Assembly: GCF_009914755.1 (NCBI RefSeq)
Contig: NC_060940.1
From: the human T2T-CHM13v2.0 reference genome, Homo sapiens
Length of the DNA: 64,000 nt
Direction: 5' to 3' (one strand)
Shown: in pieces, positions 45,106-61,799 of the stretch
Position numbering within the stretch: the first letter of the stretch is position 1
Layout of the letters: each line of letters opens with the position of its first letter
Translations under genes and position numbers: made by a program
Notes under the pieces: model-generated
What the model was told of the DNA's origin: nothing
Database searches by the model: none
What the model saw: the letters and a program-made list of their open reading frames with translations, nothing else

Positions 45106-46724
45106 GAGCCCTGTCCCCCTCTCAGGCAGGAAGTTTCCTGCATAGAGGCTGGAGCCTAAGCCAATGGACTGGAACCTCAAGTGAAGCTGGAATGGGGGCT
45201 GAGATTGCCCTGATTGTCCTCTGCCTTGAAAGCCAGGAAATCAGCCTGTCCTCTTTGAGCCTTGGCCTCCAGCACTGCCTGGATGATGGAGTCAGCCTAG
45301 CTCCACCCCAGCTGTGCATCTTAAGCTCCTAGGCACATGCAGACCTCCACCCAGTTGGCCTAGCAAATCGGGGGTGATGAGCTCAGCTCCCACCCTGAGA
45401 ACCAGAGCTTTGGAAGGTGACTTCATTACTCCCTGCCTTACCATTAAAGTGCCTACCCCATCATGGTCTGGTGGAGCTGAAGCCTCTCTCCCTTCTACTG
45501 CCACCCATGCCTCTTCCTGGAGCTCCCTCAGCCCCCTTTCCCCTGGATCTCTTGGGCAATGAGTTTCTTCATCTGTTGAGTAAGGAGTGGACAGAGGTGG
45601 GGGCTGCATCATCCTCATTCCTACAAGTCTCAAATCTCATCTTTCTTGCCCATTTGTGGACCAGATTCTCCTGGAGGACTCACAGCTCATTGAAACCTCT
45701 TAAGATCCCTATCCTCAAATTTTCAAGCTGTCCAGTTCCCAGGACCCTGTGAGGCCAAATCTGTGGTCCTGTCTGCAGTTTGCATGTCCCCTCTGGCCTG
45801 GCTTTCCCACGGCCTCTGTCTTGGCCCTTTTCTGGCCCACACTCCAGTTTGCTTCTGGAGAACTTTCCAACCCTTCTCCCCCAGCAGGCCTTGCAGCTAG
45901 GCACGTAGGCATAAAGTGTAATGTTGTCCCTCCCAAACCCAAGCAGACCCTTACTTTTCATTGTATAAGGGGTATGTGACTTTTTTTGTCCCTAAACAGT
46001 GTTTTCTGGGTTGCAGGACCCTAAGGTACACTGGTCTTGAGACATGTCTGCTGATTTGACCCCAATCTGCAGTGCCACAACTATGCCCACCTTGGTTCTG
46101 TCCTTCCTCACTGCTGCCCACTCATGGTGCAGCCCTGTGGGCTGAGCAGCTGCTGGTTTAGATGTTCTTCACTGACCTTTGTCCAGTTCTTGTCCCAGAA
46201 TCTTCAGGGGCAGCTGGATACCCACACTGTTACTGCTGGGGGCACCTTGGCATGCTCCGTAAGGAAAGGGATGGCCTTACCATGTTTTTACAGGATAACA
46301 ACCATTTAGGATGGTTGTTGATATTTTTGCTTGTTTTATCTTTCAAACTTTGCTCCTCCTCTGTTTATGGTTCAAGTTCAAGTTTCACTAGCTCCACTCA
46401 GCCATAAGTTGAGTGACCCTGGTTGAGGGAGCCACCATGGCTTTGTCAAACTCTCCGAAAACACAAAATTATAAGGTTCCAGATTATTCACAGATGTCCA
46501 GGAGTGGTTGTTAGCATGGTTATTCAGTGACAGCATTGCAGTTCCTGAAGCAGATGTGGCCACTTCACCTTCCAAAGGGAGCCCACGATATCTGTCTCTG
46601 TCTTATGCTATCCTCACAGCACCCTCAACTATCGCTTCCAACACCCCTTTCTTAGGGACAGAGCAGGTGGGTGGGTAGGGGGAACTTGAGCCCTGGGGAG
46701 CTGGATTCCTTAAAGCAATTATAA

Positions 46725-47105
<381 letters not shown>

Positions 47106-47145
47106 GCTTCTCTGCTTTTTAATTTTTTTGTCATGAATACACATT

Positions 47146-47446
<301 letters not shown>

Positions 47447-47645
47447 AAAATTCTGCTTTTCTAATAAGAAAAAAATAAAGGGAACTGTGAACAGATCCTA
47501 TCATTGGATATTTAAATAATTCTTTTTATAAGTATAAACAGTGCCAAGCAGAAATAATTGGCTAAAAATGACTTAAAAGTTATAAAACACACAAACTAAA
47601 AATAGACCCATAAATAAAATTCTGAAAAACTGACAAAATTCCTTA

Positions 47646-48074
<429 letters not shown>

Positions 48075-48589
48075 TTAACCCAAATGCCACATTTGAGGAA
48101 CTTATAAACTTTTCTTCTTAAGCACCTGCAGCAGAAGTTGCCTGCAGGGGCTGGGGTGGAAGTAAAGAGAAGAATCTCATCCCGCTATGACTGACCTCTG
48201 GGTTTGCAGGGCAGACCCGATGCCAAGAGCTGAATATTGGCAAGGCCATGTGCCCATAGAAGGCACTTGACCCTGGTCAGTGACTCAGAGCAAGGTGGGG
48301 TGCAGGTTGCTACTTCAATGTTGAAAACATCAACTCCAGCCATTCTAAACGCTTTTCTATTTAATGTTTTTAAAGTTATAACAGTCTCTGTTAGAAAAGA
48401 AAACTGGCAAAGTCTCTTTTGTTTGTCAACCCCAGCTGTCCCCGAGCTGCTGTTGTCTAACCAGAGCTCTCAGGGGCCATAAGCCCCATGTCCAGCTGTA
48501 CCTTCCCTGCCTACCCCAGCAAGGAATAATCCAGCCTTCTAGCTTCTCTGCAGGGCTTCAGGGCTGTCAAATTCTACTGGGACAGAAGA

Positions 48590-49370
48590 AAATTAACACC
48601 AGTACAGAGACATGGTTTCCAACTCAGCCAGCTCTTTGCTGGTCCTTTTATTTACACCTGGATAGACTCTAATTCCATTCCCCCATGATGGCTGTTTCCT
48701 GTGTGTCCAACTCCTCCAATTGTTCACCCCACTCCTATCTCTGTCTCCGATGACCTTAACATCTCCCTCCCTCGGAGAGTGAAGCACATCAGGTTCACTG
48801 CTCTTCTCTTCTTTGCTTCTAACAGGATCCACATGGTATTTCCAACACCAGTCTTCCCCTAAGCTCTCCCTCCCCTCCCACACTCTCTGGCCTCCTCCAG
48901 GATTCAGTTCAATAAATTACCCTCTTTCTCTGATTCTCTAATCCTTCCCTTGTGTGGTTCCTTTCCTTCACCCCACAAGCATAATTCTTTCTCATTCTAG
49001 AAAACCTTCACCTTCTCTCTCCTTAGAGTTCCCACCCTGCCCCTCACAAACTTCTTGAAAGGAGCCCGAACTTTGTGCCTGTATTTCCTCAGCTTCTTTT
49101 ACTACCCACCAAGTCTGGATTCCACCCCCATCAGTCTACTGAAATTGTCCCCACTAAGGTTACCAGTGACTTCTTGTTGGATTATTAAATGACATATTTT
49201 TTATCTTCACCTGAATTGACCTACCTCCTGATATTTGACCAGTTTCTGCAACTCCTTCTTAAAATTCTTGTAATTTCATTGGCATTTCTGTTTCCTGATG
49301 CTTTCCAGCTGCCTCCTCTGACCTCTTGTCATCGGACCCATCCTTAAATACCACTGTGCTTTGAATTTAG
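48590..49370 (+). mobile_element. L2 fragment
   Basis: Pyrimidine-rich L2 motifs (TCTACTGAAATTG...AAGGTTACCAGTGACTTC). Confidence 0.7.
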
Positions 49371-50293
49371 CCCCGACCCTGCTGCTCAGCCTTCCTGCCC
49401 ATCAGCTTCCTTCCGTGAGCTTTTTAGTGAGAGGAGGTATGAGTGTTACCCATAGCTGCTCAGCAGAGCTCTGCAGAATGAAACCACTTGTCTCTCTGAT
49501 TGCCTGCAGAGCACATAGCCTTGACCCAGGGGAACAGATTTCTAATGGTGGAAACTCAGGCATTGGGCCCTTGGTGGATTGGATGTAGGTAGGTCTTGTA
49601 GGTGATTCCCACATTACTCCACAGGAGACCAGGCCTTTCCCTGCTCCAAGACTCAGCCAACTTGGGGGACACAGAACTGTGGCCTGTAAAGGCTGGATGC
49701 CCACAGGGCTGCTCCATGTTACATTCCAGAGTCTTCCGTGCTGACACATGGAGCTCTGATTGATTTGTCTTCACAGCTGTATGGTTTCCTGCTGCATGGA
49801 TATGCTCCCATCTCCATTCTCTTGATGAACATTAAGATTGTTTCCAGTTTTGAGATATTTCCCATACTGCTGCCGTAACACTCTCATGCTGGTCTCCTCA
49901 TGCACACATGCAGGGATTTCTCCAGGGTCTATGTGCATCTTGAATTTTACTAGTTAATGCCAAGTTGCTCCCAAAGGCTGTACATTCCTACTGGCATGCA
50001 ACATTGTCCCCAACATTCTAGCCAAAAGAAAAGGCACAAGCCCCGCCTGCCTCAATTCAGATACTTACTTCCTTTTCTTTGCTACCAGGTTACTAGGTGA
50101 TGGTTGAACCCTCCACATGACTATGTGGACATGATACCAGACCCCCGTGACTGGTTCCACCCTCACCTGGGCCCTCAGTGCTATTTATCAGCCTTCTTGC
50201 TTGAGCGCTGCTGGGAGAAGTCCCCATACCCTACAGTGAGGCTATTTCTACCTTTTCCAGGATTGGCACTTTCTCTCTAAGTGCCTGCTTCCA

Positions 50294-51040
50294 AGGGCCA
50301 GCTACATAATTTGTGGAACCCAGTGCAAATGAAAATGTAGCGCCCCTTGTTCACAAAGCAGGAAAAAGCTTTTTCCTTTTCTCCCAGTCTCTCTCTCTAC
50401 TTGTAATGGTGTTTTTTTATTTGCTATTTAATGTTGCTCTTCCTCGGGCACAAGAGATCCTTACAGCTCAAGTGCAGACCCTCTCAGTGCCTGAGGCTCT
50501 GCCCTCTGCTGAGCAGCCACTGGTCACATTCACACCTCCTCTCACTAAAAAGCTCACAGAGGGAAGCTGATGGGCAGGAAGGCTGAGCAGCATTACTTGA
50601 CACAGATGCCCAACCCTGATCCTTTCCATACCTGCACCCAGACCCATGCCAGGATGGGTGCAGTCACTGGGTGGAGGGGCAGGTGGCCCAGAACTTGTCC
50701 CAGGGAGGTGGAGAGGTGGAGGGAGGTAGGACCTCAAGTGAATGGAGGCTCCCAGCTCCTGGCACGTGAATTTTACTAATTAATGCCAAGTTGCTGCTAA
50801 AGGCTGTACATTCCTACCAGCATACAACATATTTCTAACCAAAGGAAAAGGCAGAAGCCACGCCTGCCTCAATTCAGATACCTACTTCCTTTTCTTTGCT
50901 CCCAGGTTGCTAGGTGTTGTCCCATAAGATATCACTTAGAAAACACAAACTCAATGATAGAATTATTAAGGATTTCGAGATGGTGACTGCAGAGCATTAA
51001 ACTTCAAGCTCAGGGCCCTGTGCAGCTGCCTGATTCACTC
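50294..51040. mobile_element. MER45C-like (hAT-Tip100) fossil interrupted by two foreign inserts
   Basis: Terminus AGGGCCAGCTACATAATTTGTGGAACCCAGTGCAAATGAAAATG; internal TTTATTTGCTATTTAATG; other end AATTATTAAGGATTTCGAGATGGTGACTGCAGAGCATTAAAC...GGGCCCTGTGC. Confidence 0.85.
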
Positions 51041-53707
51041 CTCAGACCCAGTGCCCAAGACCCCCTCGCTTTTGTCATAGCCTGGATTCGCTGGAGGCCC
51101 TGGTGCATGTGTATTGAGTTTCACTGGCACAGGTGTCATGGTTTCTGCAAAAAGATCCCCAAATAATTGTTTTTTGTCTATTTGGAGTTTGTATTTGTCC
51201 CTTTCTCCTCAGTGGCCTCAGCCATTTAACGTAATTGTTCTCTATGTTTCTGTAGTGTAATAATATTTTTGTTCATGATGGTTACAGTCATGTCACTAAG
51301 GCTTCAGGTACCAAAATAATGTTTAAAACGATTTGATGGAAAAGTACAGAAATCCCACTACAGATGAAGCCAGCTAAAGCTGTTTGGCTGATCCATTGTG
51401 TGGCTCCTTGTGTAATGTAGTGAAACATGAAGTGAGCCTGATAATCACCAGTAAAAATAAAGGTGATTTTTGACTAATGAAACTATACTCCAATCAAAAT
51501 AATAATGTCATATTAAGAAACAGTGTGAAGCTACTTTTGAAATATTTCCAGATTTGTTTTTAAAACTATAAGACTATTTTCTCAACAAATATTATTGAGA
51601 ATAGAAAAATCAATTTCATATTGTTTTATATGAGTAGAAGGCAATCTCTTCTTAAAGTGAACTGAAATTGGCTTTGTGTCAGAATGGAAAACTTGAAAAT
51701 AACTCCAGGATTTCCTGAGATTCAGCAGCTAAAGATTTTGTAAGAGAAATCCTGTTTAGTGTGTGTGTAAATATTCTTGCTGTTTTAAAATCAATATTTG
51801 CCCAAAGAACGGCATTTCTAAAAATAAATTTGGTTTCAGTTTTGTTTTCTTTTTCTTTTCTTCATCTTTTAAAGTAATTGGGGCTGACATAGGGTTTTTT
51901 TTTTTTTTTGCTATTCCTAGCCACTAAAACTTTCCAAAATGCTGCGTTCTGTGCAGTTAGTGGTAGCGTTTGCCAGAAAAAAATAATAGATTGTAAAGGA
52001 AGCAACACGGAACAACCACGTTTTTGTTATTCGAAATGCAGCTACACGTGTTTACAGTCCTTAACCATTTCATCTGACAGCCTGGGGAGACAGACTTCTA
52101 ATTTGTGTTTTGATAAACTGAGAGTGACAGAGCGGTTGTTGGCCCTGCTTGGAGGTGGAGTGATGGTGTGGTCAGAAGGGAAGCCGGAGGGAAGTTACAC
52201 TCGTGGGGTGTGTGTTATGTGACCTTTGTTTAATACACGTTCTTATTTGATCTTCACAACCATGCCACTTGGCAGGTGGGGAAACTGAGGTGCAGGGCAG
52301 GGTAGTCATTTGGCCATCGCCACAAAGGGGAGCAGCTGCAGGGCCCGTCCAGCTTACACCACTCTGTCCCACTCGAGAACAGCAGGGAATCGGGGGCTGC
52401 TGAGCCTTGCGGTCTGGGGGAGGAAGCTGCATGTTCTGTGGGGGCATGTATGCCTCTAGTCTGGTTCTCCTTTCTCTGTTCTCCTTTCGGTTGTCCTTGG
52501 TCACTCCACTTGGTCACATGGAGAGAATTGGCAGCTTTCGGAGGCAGTCCCTGAGTGCTCTGTGATGGCTGAGGCTCCCCCAGCTGCAGAGCTTTAGGGG
52601 AAGTTCAGTTTATCTGGTGGAAGAAGGTGAATGGCCCTGACAGCCTCTCCCCAGAGCTCAGCCCTGGGGGAGTGAGCCGTGTTCAGTGGGTGAGGCTCCC
52701 CCATGCAGCCTGACAAGAGCTGCAAGTGTTCTGCTGATCAGGAACCCCGAGGCCGGGGAGAAGTGATCTGCCCAGGACCCCACAGCAGACTGTGTGGCAG
52801 AGTGTGGTTCCCACACTGGGCTTCTGGCAGCCTTTGCTCCAGTCAGCATGGGCCATGCAGCTGCAAATGGTTGTAGATGCCACTTGTAGGACTGCTGGAT
52901 GTTGGTATCTTGGCATCATTCCCATTTGTTAGGAGCCTTGGAGCCATGTTTTCCTTGGGAATTGATTATATGTGTCCCCAAACTAAATTAACTCATTGAT
53001 ATTTGAGATCTTGGGATCTTGAGTATGTGTCTTATGTCTCACCCCAACTTTGTTCTAGATTTGGGGTGAATAGGTGGGAGAAATTCACCTGAAATTCCTT
53101 AGAACAAGACTTACTACTGTGTCTTTGTGGCCTGTAGGAGCTAAGGGACTTTCTGAAGACCCTAGGGCTGACATGCCCTGGGGATGATCCTGTCCAGCCA
53201 GGGTAAAAGGCGAGCTCCCACAGTCACTGTGGCTCTTCCCCCTGCCAGCCTCTCCCACCTCTCTGGCTTGCTTGGCCCCGACCCTTCAGGGATCAGCAGC
53301 ATTTGTGAGATGCTGAGGGACAGGAAGACAGTGAGCCCAGGTAAGGAAGATGCCAAATTTGACAGTTGTCCCCAGCCACTTGCCTAGTTCCCTTCAGTCT
53401 CTCAGATTCCTGGCCTCAACCTCGCTTAGACACTCTCAACATCTCTCATTCAGCTCCTGGGGTCTCCAGGAGGCTCCCCAGCCCCAGCCTTAATTGCCCT
53501 CAGAACTCTGTCTCTTGAACCTGGAGCCAAACCTGCTTCCAGCTCGTGCCTGCCCAGTAGACCTGGGGCACCTCCAGACCCAGCTCCTGAGTGGTCCCTG
53601 GTTTCTCACCGAAGTGTCAACCTTCTGATTTCCTGCATTTTGCCCTCTTCTCTAGAGCCACATACTCCTTGTTCCTGTCTGGACCATCCTACATCAAATG
53701 GGGTCGA

Positions 53708-54373
<666 letters not shown>

Positions 54374-55961
54374 CTATGAAGGGTGGCTAGGAGGGAGGTG
54401 GTGAGTGAAAAGCAGGAACCAGAGGCCAGCTGGAGCAGCTGAGGGGCTCTGGCTTCCGAGCATCTCAGATGGGGACTTGTGGGAAGGTAGCGTGGAGCCA
54501 CAGTCCTGACTAGGGTCTGCCCCCTGGGCTGTGATGCACAGCATGGCCCCATCCTTTGCTGTCACCTCTATGTCCACTAGGGTTGCTCCTCCTCTGCCAC
54601 CTCTCAGGCCACCTTCTGAACCTCTCCACTCACTTGTGCACTCTTGCTCTTCCCTGCAAGCCCAGCCTTTGCTCCCAGCCCAGGCTGCTGCACCTCTGAC
54701 GCCAGGCTGCTGTAGGAGCTGCCCTTTTAGAAGAAGCTCTGATGTGACCTGCGACTTGGTTCAGGCCCTCTTGAAGCTTGGCCAGCCTTGGCTGTTTTCT
54801 GATCCCGGCCAGAATTCACACACATGCCCCTGTTTAGTTTTGACCAAGGTCTCAGCGGCTTCAGTTGAGAATGTCTGGCTCTGCCCTGTCCTATCCTGAG
54901 TTCTCTCTCCCTTCACTAAGAGATGGAGTTCTGCAGTTCTACCTGGGCCACTTTTGGCACCCAATCTGGCCAGCCCTGTTCTTGCTTCATGATATTTCAG
55001 GGCTGATGCCACAGAGATGAGGCTGTGAAAACTTGAGGGCAAAGGCTTGTCCTTGTTTACCACTGAGTCCGCAGTGTCAGCACTTAGTGGGCACACCGTA
55101 ACTATCTGGATAGGGGCCTGAGCTCCCATCAAGGAGGTGGGTGGTCTCAGGGTCAGAGCCTTGACTCCCCTCCACCCAGTGCCACTTAGATGCACATACC
55201 AGTGTGGGATGCATGGCTTGCCTCAGGGCTCCAAGGATAGGTCTTAGATCTCAGATGCCTGTGTCCTCCTCCGTCTGACTCTGCAGTTGGCCTTAGTGCC
55301 CTGCTCATTTTCACACCCTTGTGTCCCCACGTGCAGTGGCCATGAGAGCTCTTCTGTTAAGATACAAGTGCACTTGTACTAGGGAGACACGTGCTGTGGC
55401 AATGTGCTGTGCCCTGTGTAGGTGCTCATCCTGGAGAGAGGCCACTTTATTTTGCCTTGCTCACTGGGGTGGCCATTCTGGGCACATGGTTTCAATTAAA
55501 ATGCATCAGCAGGATTTGCCAGATTACTTGGCCAAGTGGTGTCACCTGATGTCTAGTGGATGAGAGATCTAAACAGCAGACCTTTCCCACCATTTGAGGA
55601 GCTGAGCTTGGTTAGGAGTGCCTGGGAGCATGGGAGGTGAGCTCAAAGTCTACAGAGCCACTGTGCCAGGCTTGAGAGCAGGGCAAGGTCTGTGGAGTCA
55701 ATGGAGGTCAGCAGGGCACCGAGAATGGCCTAGAGAGGAAGTGCAGACTCTCCGCCACACATACCCTTCTCCTCCCTCTGCAGTTTGGCCCCTTTCAAAG
55801 TCAGGGGAATTTCCTGAGGAAATGGAGCCCTAGCAGGGCCCAGAGGAAAGGAAGGCTCTCGCTAGACGTATCACCTTACTTCCCAGGCACATTTGAAAAT
55901 CCCCCTGCAGGCAGTTTCCACAAAGCAGATTATTTTGTGAATGCCCATGAGAGACTGTGTG

Positions 55962-56277
<316 letters not shown>

Positions 56278-56382
56278 TAAAGGAACACCCAGGACACTTA
56301 TTCATCAAATGACTTATTCCTTTGCCATATAATTGTCATATAACCCAACACATATGTCCATTTTGTGATTGGATATTTTTTT

Positions 56383-56491
56383 AAACTAGTCAAGTGCAGT
56401 GGCAAGAAGGGGGACAGAGTAGAACAAGGAGTTCAACCTGTAACTGACAGTGAGCAATCAACTGAAATAACACACTACCTTCGAACCAGCC
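56383..56491 (-). pseudogene. Y1 RNA (RNY1) retropseudogene
   Basis: Reverse complement GGCTGGTTCGAAGGTAGTGTGTTATTTCAGTTGATTGCTCACTGTCAGTTACAG...TGCACTTGACTAGTTT matches hY1 end to end. Short A tail and degenerate TSD TGTG(A/G)TTGGAT at 56364/56494. Confidence 0.95.
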
Positions 56492-57957
56492 CATGTGGTT
56501 GGATTTTTGAATCAAGCTTTTCTTTAGTAAGACTAATGCTATCAAGGAAAATCCACAGGGGTGAGGGCAGATCATAGATGTTGGTAGGACCAGCATCAAA
56601 GTGAAGGACTGCATGTGTAGCCTAGTCCATACTTTGGTTTACACAAATCTATGGGAACCATCACTACTGAAGGCCCTCATGGTGCTTGAATGCAACAGAA
56701 ATGAGCTTCATCGTGTTGAATCAAGTGTTTGGCTTCAGAAAGTCAAGGCTTGGTGGCCACGCAGAATTCTGGCCTGGCTTCTAGAAGGGAGAGAGCTCCA
56801 GCTTTGGCTTAGCAAGGTTGTCAGCCTTGGGGTGCCTCAGCCAGAATGATTGTGACCACAGATCACAGAGACTTCAATCAGGTCAGTGTGGTAAAGATTG
56901 GAATCTAGGTTCAGCAGGCTCAGAAGACCACCTTGCACACAGCATTGGCTTCCTCGCTCCAGAAGTAAATGGTTCTCTGTAGGTTACATAAGGTTCGTCT
57001 TGTCCAACAGCCCCAACCTGAAGGGTGAGCCCTGGGGGTTCAGTTCCTTCAGAGCCAAGTGTGGCTCACCATCTCACCTCTGCCTTATCCTGTTCCTCAG
57101 CAATGTTGGGAGTCTTCCTGGAGTGAGTCACCATGCATTCCACAAACAAGGCAGAAATGACAGTGGTGTTATTGCCCCACAGTTGGGTGGACTCCCCCAA
57201 GATCCAGGTGTGATCAGCCCTGGTCCTAGTGATAGACCAGCCCTTCTCCTACTACCCACGGAAGCTGCCTCATCATTGCCACCATCCGCTTTCTCAACAG
57301 GAGAGACTTGATACAGAAGGCATAGTCCCTGCTCTCAAAGAACCTGGGACAAGTTGGGGAGGTGCAGCTGAGTTGGTAAAGAACCCCTGGGTAGCATAGG
57401 AGAGTGAATTCATAGATTCTATAGACAAACCCCATACCCATACTTGGAAGAGTTGAGGAGTGACTGGTTGTCCCCCTAGGGCCAAGAGCTGCTGCCTCCC
57501 TCCCCTCCTCCTTCTTTTGCACAGCTTTATTGAGCATAATTGATATACAGTAAACTGCACACTTTGATGGATTTTTGACATACGTCTGCCCCTGTGAAAC
57601 CACCACCACAATCAACAATGACCATCTCCATCACTCATTGCCTTGTACCCATGGAAATCCCCCCTTGCTGCCCTCCTGCCCCACTCCCAGTCAACCACTG
57701 ACCTGCTGTCAGTGACTATGGATTAGTTCACATATTCTAGAATTGTACACATGTAGAATCATACAGTATGTGCACTTTTTTGGGTCTGTCTTCTTTCACT
57801 CAGTGTCATTGTTTTAAGGCTCATCTACGTCATTGTATAAACAGTTTGTTCCTTTCTATTGCTGAGTAGTATTCCATTATATGAATATACTACAATTTGT
57901 TTATCCATTCGTCAATGGACTTTGAGTTCTTTCTAGTTTGGGGGCTATTACGAATAA

Positions 57958-58347
<390 letters not shown>

Positions 58348-58640
58348 ATATGTTCAACTTTTAAAGAAACTGCCAACTGTTTTCCAAAGTGGTTGAACCA
58401 TTTTCTATCCACACCAGCTGTTTATGAGAGTTGCAGCTGCTCTATATCCTTGTCAACACTAGGTATGGTCAGTCTTTTTAATTTAAGCCATTCTAGTGAG
58501 TGTGTAGTAGTATCTCATTGTAATTTTAATTTGTGCTTCTCTAATGACCAATGATGTTGAGCATCTTTTCATATGCTTACTTGCCATCCAAACATCTTGT
58601 TTGGTGAAGTGTCTCTTCAAATTTTTTACCCTTTTTATTG

Positions 58641-58937
58641 GTTTTGTTTTTGTATTTTGGGACAGTTTCCCTCTGTCACCCAGGCTGGAGTGCAGTGGCA
58701 CCATCTCAGCTCACTGCAACCTCTGCCTCTGGGTTCAAGTGATTCTCGTGCCTCAGCCTCCCAAGTAGCTGGGATTACAGGTGCTCACCACCACACCTGG
58801 CTAATTTTTGTATTTTTGGTAGAGACGGGGTTTCACCATGTTGGCCAGGCTGGCCTTGAACTCCTGACCTCAAGTGATCCACCCACCTCGGCCTCCCAAA
58901 GTGCTGGGACTACAGGTGTGAGCTACTGCACTTGGCC
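58641..58937 (-). mobile_element. AluS nested in L1
   Basis: Full Alu reverse complement. Confidence 0.93.
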
Positions 58938-59019
58938 CATACTTCTTCATTTTTGTAGCAGCGCATTTTGAAGCACAAAAGTTTTAAATCTTTTTTATTT
59001 TTATTTTATTTATTTTTTT

Positions 59020-59485
<466 letters not shown>

Positions 59486-59487
59486 AT

Positions 59488-59766
59488 ATTTTTATTTTTT
59501 TTGAGATGGAGTCGTACTCTGTTGCCCAGGCTGGAGTGCAGTGGCATGATCTCAGCTCCAGAGTTCACTTAATTCTTGTGCCTCAGCTTCCCGAGTAGCT
59601 GAGATTACATATGCCTGCCACCACGCCCAGCTAATTTTTGTATTTTTAGTGGAGACAGGGTTTCACCATGTTGGCCAGGTTGGTCTTGAACTCCTGACCT
59701 CAAGTGATCCACCCACTCAGCCACCCAAAATGCTGGGATTACAGGCATGAGCCACTGTACCCGGCC
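59488..59766 (-). mobile_element. AluS nested in L1, abutting the RPL35A retrocopy
   Basis: Alu reverse complement; TSD CACAAAAGTTTTAAAT at 58974 and 59767. Confidence 0.93.
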
Positions 59767-61424
59767 CACAAAAGTTTTAAATATTGATGAAGATTGTATT
59801 GATTATCTTTACAGCTTGTGCTTTTTGTGTACTAGTTAGGAAATCTTTGCCAAATCCAAGGCCACAAAGAATTTCTCCTATGTTTGCTTCTGGTTGTTTT
59901 ATAGATTTAGTTCTTACATTTAGGTCCGTGATTCATTTTGAGTTAATTGTTGTCTATGGTGTGAGGTAAGGGTCTAGGTTCAGCCATTTTCTTTTAAGAT
60001 TCCTGGTGCTCTGAGTTAGTATTCTGCCCTCTCCCCACTACACCTCTGTCTCCACCTCTTCATGAAGCTGCCATCTATTCCAGTCTCTGATGTCTCCTAT
60101 AATGTATTCTTCAGCCTCTGACCTCCTGCTGTACACTCAAGCACTTGGTGGGGACAGAGACCCTTCTCACCCTGCTCTGGATGTCATGGAGCTTCATTTG
60201 GTATTGGTCACAGAGGCAAAGACTAGATGGCATACCTTTGAGGCCATTCTACTCTTGACGGCTGTTTATTTCTGGTGACAATTTGCCATCCCATATATTC
60301 ATCTGCAGCAGTAACAGCCAAGGGATATGGAAGTTGCCACAGGGAGAGAAAACTAACCAGATGTCAACTGGCCTGATACCTTATTGGCACATGCAGAGAA
60401 CCCTGTGCACAAAAGGTATGCAGCCTTCCAGAGTGAGAGCAGATGTTATCTTCATTTTAGGAGTGAGAAAACTGGGGTTTCACAAGATCCAGTGGCCTGC
60501 TTAAGGTCACTCAACTGGCTTATCACAGAGGACCTGACTCCAGAACATGCCTCGACCTCTGGGCTGCACTGCCAGGCCCCTCCCTGGCTGTCACTGTTGT
60601 GGAAAGGCCTGGGCTCAGACCTCCTGCTCCCAGGCCAGAAGTCTCCACTCTGTAAATGCTGCAAGTTGCATGTGGAATTTTCCTACCACCAAGGCAAAAT
60701 GCAGCCCCACATTCTTTTATGGTTTCAAAGGAAAGGAACTTCAATGGATGAGGAGTTTCAAAGGATGTATTTAAGTCTTGGGTGCAAGTCAAAGAACTGG
60801 GTTTGGGAGGGGCTGGTTGGCCCCTTTTCAAATGGATCCAGGCTTTATTTTTTTCTTCTGCCCTTTGTTGGGTCTAGAAAGGAAGTGCTCCTGGAGGGTT
60901 TGGGTGTCAGTTCACAGCACCAAGGCTGTGGAGGAGAGGAAGTAAAGGCTGCGGATGTACCTTCCTTCAGTTCTGCCTGCAGCAGGCCCTCCACAATGTC
61001 TTGCTGACCCCTTCAGGACCCAAGTTGCTCAACCTGGCCAATTTCCAACCTTTTTCCCAGCCTTTTCATTCAGGCCTCTGTCCACCCAGCCAGGGTGGAC
61101 ACCCACACCCTTTACCAGGTGCATACCCTTCTCCTAGCCCTCAGCTCTGCATGCACGAATGCCCTTCCTCTCAGGGGACCAAGACTCAGCTTGGATCCCA
61201 ATTTCTGTGAGGTGGGCAGGCCTGTTTCCTGCCCTGTCACTCCTCAGGCTTGGCCACCCTTCCATGTGCTAAGCCTGTCTCCAAGGCTCAGTCTTGCAAA
61301 ACCTCTTCACCTGTGGCCTGAAACTGGTAATTAAGCATCATCTCATTTCCCTCTGCATAGCTTTCCCATGTGTCTTATCTTCCCACTTAAATTGTAAACT
61401 CCTCCTGGGCACAGACAGGTCTGA

Positions 61425-61799
<375 letters not shown>

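Noticed and set aside
50061-50100. ATACTTAC resembling the 5' end of U1 snRNA
   Set aside because: Similarity stops after 8 nt; the sequence is part of the local direct duplication.
60384-61007. 207 aa plus-strand ORF
   Set aside because: Non-ATG start, no recognisable protein family and no exon structure; likely chance.
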